Part shown: piece after piece, positions 50,347 through 61,625 of the stretch | Numbering within the stretch: the stretch's first letter is position 1 | Layout: every line of letters begins with the position of its first letter | Assembly: GCA_963768245.1 (NCBI GenBank) | Contig: CAVYHG010000021.1 | Span: forward strand, 34,164 to 98,163 | Length of the DNA: 64,000 nt | Direction of reading: 5' to 3' | Source: an uncultured Flavobacteriaceae bacterium | GTDB taxonomy: Bacteria; Bacteroidota; Bacteroidia; Flavobacteriales; Flavobacteriaceae | Position numbers and translations under genes: made by a program | The notes under the pieces: generated by a model | Told to the model about the DNA's origin: nothing | The model's database searches: none | The model's input: only the letters and a program-made list of their open reading frames with translations

Positions 50347-51114
50347 TTAAACTGCAATTACAACTTCAATTCCTTGATTTTCAAATTTAGTCTTATACTC
50401 AACTGGAATATCTGAATCTGTAATTAGAATATCAACAACATCTATATTTCCAATTTTTCCAAAACTACGCTTTCCAATTTTGGATGAATCAGCTAATACA
50501 ATAACTATTTCCGATGAATTAATCATTTTCTTGTTAAGATCTGCTTCTACTAAATTGGTAGTTGTTAATCCAAAATCCATATCAATTCCATCCACCCCTA
50601 AGAATAATTTATTACAAGAAAATTCTGAAACCATAGACTCAGAAATAGACCCAATAACAGAATTTGAACTTTTTCTAACAATACCTCCTAATTGAATTAC
50701 ATCAACAAATTCATTTTTACAAAGTTCAATAGATACATACAAAGAAGATGTCAATACTGTGAGTTTTTTAAATCCTTCAATTAGTCTTGATAAGTAATGA
50801 ATGGTTGTTCCGGACGCTAAAATTATGTATTCATGATCCTGAATATGGTTCAATGCTTCTTTAGCAATATTTTTCTTCTGATTTACATTTAGATTCTCTT
50901 TTTCATTAACAGGTCTTTCAAAAGCATATAAAGATTGTTTACTTGCACCACCATGCGTCCTAAATAATATTCCTTGTTTTTCCAAAAAAGTTAAATCCTT
51001 TCGAATTGTTACGGTTGAAACTCCAAGGTCATTGCATAGATCAGATACTTTAACGTATCCAGTCTCATTCACTTTAGATATAATAGTCTGTTGCCTTTCG
51101 TTTATTCCTTTCAT
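50347..51114 (-). CDS. glpR: DeoR/GlpR-family transcriptional repressor
   Basis: Likely start MKGINERQQTIISKV (51114). N-terminal DeoR HTH plus a C-terminal sugar-phosphate sensor domain. Divergent from glpD. Confidence 0.8.
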   Translation of the reverse strand: MKGINERQQTIISKVNETGYVKVSDLCNDLGVSTVTIRKDLTFLEKQGILFRTHGGASKQSLYAFERPVNEKENLNVNQKKNIAKEALNHIQDHEYIILASGTTIHYLSRLIEGFKKLTVLTSSLYVSIELCKNEFVDVIQLGGIVRKSSNSVIGSISESMVSEFSCNKLFLGVDGIDMDFGLTTTNLVEADLNKKMINSSEIVIVLADSSKIGKRSFGKIGNIDVVDILITDSDIPVEYKTKFENQGIEVVIAV

Positions 51115-51228
51115 CAAGCAAAGATAACATATATGCAATTAATTCTGAAAAATATTTAAACGAAATTGTTTTGTTATCTTTCGTATTAGTTTTATTTTTG
51201 TATAAAACGTAATTATTCGAAACCTACT

Positions 51229-52801
51229 ATGATTTCTAGAAGCAATTTAATTAAAGATATTAAAAAAACACCCTATTGGGATATAGCTGTAATTGGAGGT
51301 GGAGCCAGTGGTTTAGGGGTTGCAATTGATGCAATTAGTAGGGGGTTTAAAACTGTACTTTTTGAAGGATCTGATTTTGCAAAAGGAACATCGAGTAAAA
51401 GTACGAAACTGGTTCATGGAGGTGTACGATACTTGGCTCAAGGAAACTTCGGTCTTGTTGTTGAAGCTCTTGAAGAAAGAGGAATACTTGCTAACAATGC
51501 CAGCCATTTATTTAGTAATTTAATGTTCATAATCCCTAATTACAATTGGTGGAAAGGATATTATTATGCCATCGGATTAAAGCTATATGACCTCCTTTCT
51601 AAAAGATTAAGTTTAGGGAGCTCAAAATTGATCAACAGAAAAGAAACGATCAAAAACCTTCCAACCTTAAACATAAAGAATCTCACAAGTGGAGTCATTT
51701 ATCATGATGGACAGTTTGACGATTCCCGTTTAGCAATAAATTTAGCGCAAACACTTTTGGATCATGGCGGAACTGCTATTAACCATATGAAGGTGGTGGA
51801 CTTAATGAATACTAATAATTTGGTTAATAGAGTAGTTGTTGAAGATCAGGAAACAGGTCTAAAATTTGAAGTAAGATCAAAAATAGTGATTAATGCAACT
51901 GGAATTTTCACGGATGATATTTTATCATTAAACGATAATACTCACAAGCAATCGGTTGTTCCAAGTCAAGGCGTTCATTTGGTTCTGGATAAATCCTTCT
52001 TAAAAAGTGATAAGGCTATTATGATTCCTAAAACATCTGATGGTAGGGTTCTTTTTATAATTCCCTGGAATGACAAAGTTATTGCAGGTACTACTGATAC
52101 TTTAATTAAAGAGCATAGTCTTGAACCTATTGCCCTGGAAAGTGAAATTGAATTTATTTTAAATACCATGGAGTCATACTTAACAAGAAAGCCAAAAAGG
52201 GAAGAAGTACTTTCGGTATTTGCAGGTTTAAGACCCCTAGCCGCTCCAAAGGATAAAAATGCAAAAACCAAAGAAGTTTCACGTAGCCATAAAATCTTAG
52301 TATCAGCCAGTAAGCTAATAAGTATAATTGGTGGTAAATGGACAACATACCGAAAAATGGGAGAAGATGTAATAGATAAAGCTCTTGAAGTTCATCGTTT
52401 ACCGTATAAAAAATCAGAAACTAAAGATTTGAGAATTCATGGTCATATGATTTTGGAAAAAGCAACATTAAAAAATCATTTATATATTTATGGAAGCTGA
52501 TATGAGCGCAATTCAAGCACTTCAATTGGAAAATAAAGACTATACAAAAAAAATACATTTAAAATATGACTATACTGTTGCTGAAGTCGTTTGGAGTGTA
52601 AGACACGAAATGGCAAGAACTGTAGAAGACGTATTGGCAAGAAGAGTACGATTATTGTTCATAGATGCTAGAGCAGCTATTGAGGCCGCGCCTTTAGTTG
52701 CAAGAATAATAGCAAAAGAATTGAACAAAAATGAAAGCTGGATTAAAAAGCAAGAAATTGAATTTACTAATCTGGCAGGAAACTATATTTTAACTAAATA
52801 A
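51229..52801 (+). pseudogene. glpD: FAD-dependent glycerol-3-phosphate dehydrogenase, single frame break near 52498
   Basis: Fragments 51229-52500 (GGGASGLG FAD motif) and 52490-52801. The junction reads gga agc [t] gat atg agc. Confidence 0.88.
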
Positions 52802-52808
52802 ACTGATT

Positions 52809-54305
52809 ATGTCGAAAAAGTATGTATTAGCCCTTGATCAAGGAACTACTTCTTCCAGAGCCATATTATTCGATCACAAAGGAGAAAATATAGCTATCAC
52901 ACAGCAAGATTTTACGCAAATTTTTCCGAAACCAGGATGGGTCGAGCACGACCCAAACGAAATATGGTCATCTCAACTAGAAACTGCTTTGCATATTTCA
53001 AAAAAAGCGAAAATTTCATTAAGTGAAATTGCTGGAATTGGAATTACAAACCAAAGAGAAACAACAGTAGTTTGGGATAGACAGACTAGTGAACCTATTT
53101 ATAATGCGATAGTATGGCAAGACAGACGGACATCTAAATATTGTGATAATTTAAAATCTCTCGGTCATATTGATAGCATAAAACAGAAAACCGGACTACT
53201 TTTAGATGCCTATTTCTCAGGTACCAAGCTAAAATGGATTCTGGATAATGTAGAAGGAGCCAGAAAAAAAGCAGAAGACGGACTTCTGTGTTTTGGCACC
53301 ATTGATACATGGTTAATCTGGAAACTTACCAAAGGAAAAACATTTGTAACGGATGTATCTAATGCCAGCAGAACCTTGCTTTTTAATATTCAGACATTGG
53401 AATGGGACGAAGAATTACTTAAACTTTTTGATATTCCAAAAATTATACTTCCAGAAGTAAAGGAAAGTAGTGAAATTTATGGCGAAACAGATTCTGATGT
53501 CTTCTCTGCAAATATTCCTATTGCCGGTATAGCAGGAGATCAGCAAGCAGCACTTTTCGGGCAATTGTGTACGGAAAAAGGCATGGTCAAAAATACCTAT
53601 GGCACGGGATGTTTTTTACTAATGAACACTGGTAATAAACCTGTTTTTTCGGAAAACAAGCTCTTAACAACTATAGCATGGAAAATCAATGGAAAGGTAA
53701 CTTATGCACTGGAAGGAAGCGTTTTTGTAGGTGGTGCTGCTGTGCAATGGGTTAGAGATGGTTTAAACCTTATAGACGATGCCAAAGAAATTGAAACTCT
53801 AGCGTCTAGTGTTGAAGATAATGGTGGTGTTTATTTTGTTCCCGCGCTTACGGGATTAGGAGCTCCTCATTGGGATGCCTATGCAAGGGGAGCAATAATG
53901 GGGCTAACACGAGGGAGTACAAGAGCACATATAGCAAGGGCTACGCTGGAAGGCATCGCTTATCAAGTATATGATATTGTTAAAGCCATGGAAGCCGATG
54001 CAAAAGCAAAAGGAACCGAACTTAGAGTAGATGGAGGTGCTTCTGCAAATAATTTATTGATGCAGTTTCAGGCCGATATATTCAATTTTAAAGTGGTCAG
54101 ACCGAAGTTGCTTGAAACTACTGCTTTAGGAGCAGCTTATTTAGCTGGATTGGCAGTAGGTTTTTGGGATAGTTTAGATGATCTTAAAGACCAATGGTCA
54201 ATAGATAAAGTATTCATTCCTGCAATGGATCAAGATAATGCCAGCAACCTTTTAAAAGATTGGCATAAAGCAGTTTCAAAAGCAAAAAACTGGATTGAAG
54301 AATAA
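52809..54305 (+). CDS. glpK: glycerol kinase
   Basis: 498 aa intact. [22 protein letters not shown]... is full-length GlpK-like. Confidence 0.95.
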   Translation: MSKKYVLALDQGTTSSRAILFDHKGENIAITQQDFTQIFPKPGWVEHDPNEIWSSQLETALHISKKAKISLSEIAGIGITNQRETTVVWDRQTSEPIYNAIVWQDRRTSKYCDNLKSLGHIDSIKQKTGLLLDAYFSGTKLKWILDNVEGARKKAEDGLLCFGTIDTWLIWKLTKGKTFVTDVSNASRTLLFNIQTLEWDEELLKLFDIPKIILPEVKESSEIYGETDSDVFSANIPIAGIAGDQQAALFGQLCTEKGMVKNTYGTGCFLLMNTGNKPVFSENKLLTTIAWKINGKVTYALEGSVFVGGAAVQWVRDGLNLIDDAKEIETLASSVEDNGGVYFVPALTGLGAPHWDAYARGAIMGLTRGSTRAHIARATLEGIAYQVYDIVKAMEADAKAKGTELRVDGGASANNLLMQFQADIFNFKVVRPKLLETTALGAAYLAGLAVGFWDSLDDLKDQWSIDKVFIPAMDQDNASNLLKDWHKAVSKAKNWIEE

Positions 54306-54320
54306 TTTAAAATTTTAAGT

Positions 54321-55058
54321 ATGTCACCATTTATTGCTGAATTATTAGGCACTTTTTTATTGATACTATTAGGTAATGGAGTTGTTGCAAACGTAGTTTT
54401 AAAACAGACCAAAGCCAGTGGAGCTGGATGGATTGAAATAACCACTGGATGGGCATTGGCTGTTTATGTAGGTGTTTTGGTGGCAGCTCCTTATTCCGGA
54501 GCACACATAAATCCAGCTGTAACCTTATCGCTGGCCTTTGCCGGTTTATTTGAATGGTCTAATGTCCTACTTTATATTTCAGCTCAATTATTAGGTGCAA
54601 TGTTAGGTTCGTTTATAGTCTGGTTAACTCATAAAGATCATTATAATGTAACAGAGGATATTGAAGGTATAAAAGCTTCATTTTGCACGGCTCCTGCAAT
54701 TCGAAATCTCCCTATAAATTTTTTAAATGAAGTCGTTGGTACATTTGTATTACTGTTTGCCGTCTTTTATATCGCTGGTCCGGAAATAGAACTGGAATCT
54801 GAAAAGGTAGTTAATTTTGGACTTGGATCTTTGGGTGCAATTCCAGTGGCATTTGTTGTTTGGGTCATTGGTTTATCATTAGGTGGTACAACTGGTTACG
54901 CGATAAACCCTGCCAGGGATCTTGGACCTAGAATTGTTTATACGTTGTTACCTATCAAACATAAACGTGATAGTGATTGGAGCTATTCATGGATACCAAT
55001 AGTTGCACCATTAATTGGTGGAGGGATAGCAGCACTGCTCTACATGTTTTTAAAATAA
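54321..55058 (+). CDS. glpF: MIP-family glycerol uptake facilitator
   Basis: 245 aa intact, two NPA boxes (HINPAVT, AINPARD). Confidence 0.9.
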   Translation: MSPFIAELLGTFLLILLGNGVVANVVLKQTKASGAGWIEITTGWALAVYVGVLVAAPYSGAHINPAVTLSLAFAGLFEWSNVLLYISAQLLGAMLGSFIVWLTHKDHYNVTEDIEGIKASFCTAPAIRNLPINFLNEVVGTFVLLFAVFYIAGPEIELESEKVVNFGLGSLGAIPVAFVVWVIGLSLGGTTGYAINPARDLGPRIVYTLLPIKHKRDSDWSYSWIPIVAPLIGGGIAALLYMFLK

Positions 55059-55090
55059 TGAGACCAATAGAATAAAATCATTTAGAGATA

Positions 55091-55126
55091 AAAAAAAGCT
55101 TCAAATGTTAATTGAAGCTTTTTTTA
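55091..55126. terminator. bidirectional intrinsic terminator (glpF / atpC)
   Basis: AAAAAA-AGCTTCAA-atgttaa-TTGAAGCT-TTTTTT between convergent genes. Confidence 0.75.
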
Positions 55127-55141
55127 TTTTGTAATTAGAAA

Positions 55142-55417
55142 TTAATCTGCCAAAATAATTATTTTATTATCTTTTAATTCAATAGTCCCCGAATTAATTG
55201 CTAACCATGTTCCTTTGCTTTGCTTTTCGAATTTTTTCTCTACATCCTCATCTAATTCAATGTCCCCATATATCTTGATAAAGCCTTCTTTTAAAATTGA
55301 AATAATAGGTGCGTGATCTTTCAGCATTTGAAATTCCCCGTTCATTCCAGGGACTGCTACAGACTCCACATCTCCACTAAACAATGTTGCTTCAGGTGTT
55401 ACAATTTCTAGGAACAT
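55142..55417 (-). CDS. atpC: F0F1 ATP synthase subunit epsilon (short form)
   Basis: 91 aa intact. MFLEIVTPEATLFSGDVESVAVPG..., immediately downstream of atpD. Confidence 0.88.
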   Translation of the reverse strand: MFLEIVTPEATLFSGDVESVAVPGMNGEFQMLKDHAPIISILKEGFIKIYGDIELDEDVEKKFEKQSKGTWLAINSGTIELKDNKIIILAD

Positions 55418-55435
55418 AATCTAAATTTATTTTGA

Positions 55436-56968
<1,533 letters not shown>

Positions 56969-57060
56969 TTATGTTATTAGCGTGAAAAACAAGCGGTTTT
57001 TCGCCTGCAAAGATAAATTTTTTAATTTAAAAAAAAGAGCAATTATTTTCTTTTTTGATC

Positions 57061-57094
57061 AAAAAAAACGTCTTCAGATAGAAGACGTTCTTTT
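57061..57094 (-). terminator. intrinsic terminator after the SGNH lipoprotein gene
   Basis: Minus strand: AACGTCTTC-tatct-GAAGACGTT followed by TTTTTTTT. Confidence 0.7.
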
Positions 57095-57113
57095 AATTTT
57101 ATAATTTAATTAT

Positions 57114-58760
57114 TTACTGTAGTAAAGGAGAGTAAAAGACACCAAAGTTTCCAATATCTGCAACATTTCCAGAAGCTAAAAAATTAGATCCATAAGTTGC
57201 ATCGATGGCTTCCAAAAAACTATTTGCCATTACTGCATAACCTCTTGCAGTTAAATGCACGCCATCTAAACTCACCAATCCTCCTGTAACGAGTTCCGCT
57301 GTTAAAATAAATCCTCCAGTATTTATTCCAGTAGTTGCAGCTTCTTGCAGAAGTAAATCTAAATCAACAAGTGCTAAACCTTTTGAACTGGCTACGGAGG
57401 AAATAGAACTATTATATGCAGTAACAGCTGCTCCAATTTCTTCCTGCTCAGTAGGTGTAATAACCCATTTATCTTCTAGTGGTAAGGAAATTCCCTCCAC
57501 TGAAAACTGTCCGGCTAATGCCTGAGATAATCCTTGCGACATTAAAAAAGCAACAGAATCTGTATTGACTGTTCCAATTACAGAACTACTAGGTAATACT
57601 AACAGATCTGCTTCTGTTGCTTGTCTCGCCTGACCATAAACAAATCCTAATAACCCAGCTACAGAAGGTGCAGCTGCAGGAGGCAATCCAAATTGCGCAA
57701 TAAAGGCTTCAAATGCAGGAAGATTTGCTAATAATCCTCCAGCGATTTGAGCAGAAAAATCAACTAAACTTTCATCTTTGATAACTACTGCACTAGCTTG
57801 ATCCTCAGAAAAAGTAATGATTCGATCGGTTTCACCAAAAGCCGTGAAAACTTGATTCAATGCTCCAAAAATTGTGTTAAGGGTTGGAATCTGTGGTCCA
57901 AATGCTGGATTACTTGGGTCAAGTGGATTATAAGTTACGGCAGTAAAATGAGGTAAGCTTTTGATACAAGGTACAGTGGCAATTGCACCTTTTGCGCCAT
58001 TAGCAGTTAAAGCATCAACCATTGTTGTTAAGGCAAAGTCAAATGTTGCTGTATCCGTAATAGGATCAGTACCATCTCCTCCAGAAAGTGCATAACCTAA
58101 AACATCATTGCCTCCAAATTCGGATAAAGTAAAAAATGATGGATTTTGTGCTAATGCTAATTCTAATATAGATGCATCAGGAGTAGTTCCAGTCATTCTA
58201 ATTGCATATGGATTTGCTGCTGCTGGAAAATTTGCAAAGTTGCCATATCCTGGAGCAATTAAGTGAAAGCTTTTAGCACCCGGGACACCTAAATTGTTAA
58301 ATGGACCTGTTGGATTATTCAGCACTATATCAGTAGATACTGTAACTGGTCCAATTACTGATTCTAATGACTGTGGAGCGCTAGGTCCAGTAACAACAAG
58401 CCTAGGGTCCGTAATTCTCATACCACCAACTGCCAAGCCTCCAAAATTATCGTTCACCATAGGTTGTGTAAAAGCACCTCCTCCAGCATTTGTAAACTGC
58501 TTTGCTAATGTATTTGGAAATGAATTTTCCTGACTTGCTATAAACAATGTCTGATCAGATACTCCTGCCGTAAATGAAGCCCCAACGGCTACATAATTTG
58601 AGAAGTCTACTGAACCAGATGTCAATTCAGGTAAAACTTCATCACCAGCAACTTCCACATTATAATCTTCTAAAATATCTTCTTCATCATTACATGCTGT
58701 AAATCCCAATATTAAGAATAACAGCCAAATATATTTTGTATTTATTATTGTCTTTTTCAT
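57114..58760 (-). CDS. SGNH/GDSL-like hydrolase lipoprotein
   Basis: 548 aa intact. Lipobox LGFTAC|NDE. Block I-like VAVGASFTAG, block III GGNDV, block V SLDGVHLTARGY. Confidence 0.62.
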   Translation of the reverse strand: MKKTIINTKYIWLLFLILGFTACNDEEDILEDYNVEVAGDEVLPELTSGSVDFSNYVAVGASFTAGVSDQTLFIASQENSFPNTLAKQFTNAGGGAFTQPMVNDNFGGLAVGGMRITDPRLVVTGPSAPQSLESVIGPVTVSTDIVLNNPTGPFNNLGVPGAKSFHLIAPGYGNFANFPAAANPYAIRMTGTTPDASILELALAQNPSFFTLSEFGGNDVLGYALSGGDGTDPITDTATFDFALTTMVDALTANGAKGAIATVPCIKSLPHFTAVTYNPLDPSNPAFGPQIPTLNTIFGALNQVFTAFGETDRIITFSEDQASAVVIKDESLVDFSAQIAGGLLANLPAFEAFIAQFGLPPAAAPSVAGLLGFVYGQARQATEADLLVLPSSSVIGTVNTDSVAFLMSQGLSQALAGQFSVEGISLPLEDKWVITPTEQEEIGAAVTAYNSSISSVASSKGLALVDLDLLLQEAATTGINTGGFILTAELVTGGLVSLDGVHLTARGYAVMANSFLEAIDATYGSNFLASGNVADIGNFGVFYSPLLQ

Positions 58761-58765
58761 AATTA

Positions 58766-61531
58766 TTATAAGTTGTTAATTGTCCATGATATGTAATACA
58801 TCGATCCTATGAAACCTGTACCATATGCAGTATAATATTCTTCACCTGTTAGGTTTGTTGCTCCTACTTTAAAGGTTGATTTCAAACTTGGAACTATATA
58901 ATTTATCTGAGCATCAAGCACATGATATTCCGGTACAAGACCATCGCCAAATGTAGCCTCCCAATAGTAATCATCACTAAATCTATATGACACATTAAAT
59001 CCGAAATTGTCAAATAAATTAGTATTTCCAAAAGTAGCTTTAAACTTATGTTCCGGTGTATTGAAGTTTGTTACAAAATCCGGGAATTTATCATTATCGA
59101 AATCCAGTTTTGCATATGTGTAATTGCCTTGCAGATCAAAATTACCAAATACCTTTGTTGATAATCCTATGGATGCACCATAAGAATTCACATCTGCCTC
59201 TGCATTTGTGTAAGTTCCATAAACTTCATAATCCTCATTGGCTATGGCCGCAACAGATAAACTGCCATCACCAACAGTACCATAAAAAGGAGCAATAACT
59301 CGTCCCTGTGAGATAAAATCCTTGTATTTATTATAATAAGCACTAAAGTCTACTATAAATTTATTGAATTTTCCTCTGTAACCAACCTCAGCAGAGCTAA
59401 CCTGCTCTGGTTTGATTATGCTTGGATTCCCTACTTCCAAAGCCGCAGGATTCCCTGTTGCTCCAAAAGCCTGTACCGAACTTAAAGTATAGGAATTTGT
59501 GTAAGCAACACCACCTGATTGAGTAATGGTTGCAGGTTGACCTAAATTCTGTTGTGCCGCTGCACTTATTGGATGAGTTTTCGTATACCGATTTAAATTA
59601 TCTGGCGCCGAACCTACTAAAATATACGCTCCGGTATCTAAACCTATAAATAGATCCTGTGTTGTCGGATTCCTGAACCCTGTTTGAACCGAGGCCCTGA
59701 TATTATGATCTTGATTAACCGTTAAGCCAGCGGATATCCTTGGCGAAACAAAACCATCAAAAAATTCAGATTTATCATATCTCACTGATCCGGTCAGTTT
59801 TAATTCCAAGGCATCGCTTAATTCCAATTCTTTTTGAATTTGAGTATAAATACCATATTCTGAATAATCGATAGGACCATCATTATCTGTATAAATAGTT
59901 CCAAAAGAGTTCAGGCTGTATTGTCTGTAAGAACCTCCAATCTGGATATCAGCAATATCTGTTAAATGGCTAAAATTATAATTTGCGTCAGCATGGTAAT
60001 ATTTTGAAGCATCTTTAAACTGAGAACCAGTTGCTATATCGGGATCGTTTATACTATTGTTGAATGCCGCGATAAATTCCGGAGACCCTGGCTCAAAACG
60101 TCCATTTTCTGCTACCGCTCTTGCAGCCGCATGTGCTTGTGCATCTGTTGCACCTCCAAACGCAGCAGCAGCATAGGTACCAATATAGTCCCCAAACCAT
60201 TCCCTATCACTTTTCCAGGCTCGGTTGATCTGAATCGCTGTGGCCACCATATCGTATGAGTCGCCTGCTTTATCACCAACCATATACCCTCTTACAAAGA
60301 AGTTGTCATTTCTTAACTCAATTTTATGTTGTTGTTGAGTAAATCCATCGATGTAATACCTATTTGATCCTTGATAAATAGTTGTTCCTGTACCAGCTTT
60401 ACCGACATAAGATATTTCAAAGTCATCTTCAAAAGGCCTGTAATATAATCCCCAATCTGCTTTTACACTTTCTGCATTATAGTCCGTTAAGTCACCTTCA
60501 TCATATCCTGTTCTACTTACAGAGACATTTGGAATAATACCTGGTGAAGGAATTAAAGCTGTTGCTTCAGCTCTAATATTTGCCGCAACTATATCGCCAT
60601 AAACGTTTAACCCGTCATAGTTTATATTAGTAGCTCTTGTCCCGCCTTCCATATTTTTATCTACTTGACTGTTGGCAGCCCAATCGGTTCCTTGTAAGTA
60701 TCCAAAACTTACTTTTGCCGCAAACTTTTCAGAGAATTTATGTGCCATTCTTATTCCCAGATCTGTGTAGGCATTATCTCCCGCAGCTTCCTGTGATGTA
60801 ATACCACGTTTTAAGGATACACTGATTCCCTGGTCATCAAATGGGTTTTTACTTCTCATAAACAATATACCGTTAAATGCATTCGCTCCATATAGCGCAG
60901 ATGATGCACCAGGAAGGATTTCTACACTCGCTACATCGGTCTCGACCATACCAACCAAATTTCCAATAGGGAAGTTAAGTGCAGGTGTCGAGTTGTCCAT
61001 ACCATCCACCAACTGCATGAATCGATTGTTTGCGAAGGTTGCAAAACCTCTTGAGTTAACAGATTTAAATGTTAAACTGTTTGTATTTACATCTATACCT
61101 TTAAGGTTTTCTAAACCATCATAAAAGTCTACAGAGGTCGTATTCTTTATTTCTTTTACTCCTATACGCTCAACAGTTACAGGCGATTCAAAAATACGTT
61201 CTGGTGTTCTGGAAGCAGAAATGACTACTTCATCCAGGATATTTCCTTCTTTAAGAACAAAGTTTAAAACTTGATCGTTAGTAGTTACATCAATAGTAAC
61301 GGATTCAAATCCTACACTACTAGCTTGAACGCTAAAAGGAGGTTCCTGGTTTACTTTTAATGCAAAATTTCCATCAAAATCAGTCACGTCTCCAGTTGAA
61401 GTACCTAGGACAATAACATTGGCACCTGGAAGAGGCTGACCATTATCGTCTGTAACCGATCCTGAAATTGTAGTTTGTGAGTATGTTATACCACAAAACA
61501 GCATCAACAAAATTGAAAGGGATTTTCTCAT
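58766..61531 (-). CDS. TonB-dependent receptor with N-terminal carboxypeptidase-regulatory-like domain
   Basis: 921 aa intact. Signal peptide, CarbopepD_reg-like TISGSVTDDNGQPLPGANVIV, plug, and a barrel ending ...YYISWTINNL. Confidence 0.88.
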   Translation of the reverse strand: MRKSLSILLMLFCGITYSQTTISGSVTDDNGQPLPGANVIVLGTSTGDVTDFDGNFALKVNQEPPFSVQASSVGFESVTIDVTTNDQVLNFVLKEGNILDEVVISASRTPERIFESPVTVERIGVKEIKNTTSVDFYDGLENLKGIDVNTNSLTFKSVNSRGFATFANNRFMQLVDGMDNSTPALNFPIGNLVGMVETDVASVEILPGASSALYGANAFNGILFMRSKNPFDDQGISVSLKRGITSQEAAGDNAYTDLGIRMAHKFSEKFAAKVSFGYLQGTDWAANSQVDKNMEGGTRATNINYDGLNVYGDIVAANIRAEATALIPSPGIIPNVSVSRTGYDEGDLTDYNAESVKADWGLYYRPFEDDFEISYVGKAGTGTTIYQGSNRYYIDGFTQQQHKIELRNDNFFVRGYMVGDKAGDSYDMVATAIQINRAWKSDREWFGDYIGTYAAAAFGGATDAQAHAAARAVAENGRFEPGSPEFIAAFNNSINDPDIATGSQFKDASKYYHADANYNFSHLTDIADIQIGGSYRQYSLNSFGTIYTDNDGPIDYSEYGIYTQIQKELELSDALELKLTGSVRYDKSEFFDGFVSPRISAGLTVNQDHNIRASVQTGFRNPTTQDLFIGLDTGAYILVGSAPDNLNRYTKTHPISAAAQQNLGQPATITQSGGVAYTNSYTLSSVQAFGATGNPAALEVGNPSIIKPEQVSSAEVGYRGKFNKFIVDFSAYYNKYKDFISQGRVIAPFYGTVGDGSLSVAAIANEDYEVYGTYTNAEADVNSYGASIGLSTKVFGNFDLQGNYTYAKLDFDNDKFPDFVTNFNTPEHKFKATFGNTNLFDNFGFNVSYRFSDDYYWEATFGDGLVPEYHVLDAQINYIVPSLKSTFKVGATNLTGEEYYTAYGTGFIGSMYYISWTINNL

Positions 61532-61625
61532 TGTATAGTTTTAGTTAATATAATATGGGCAATATACGTTTTTTAACGAAATGTTTAAAAAAACGACAAA
61601 AAAATTACTAATATTATAATAACTA

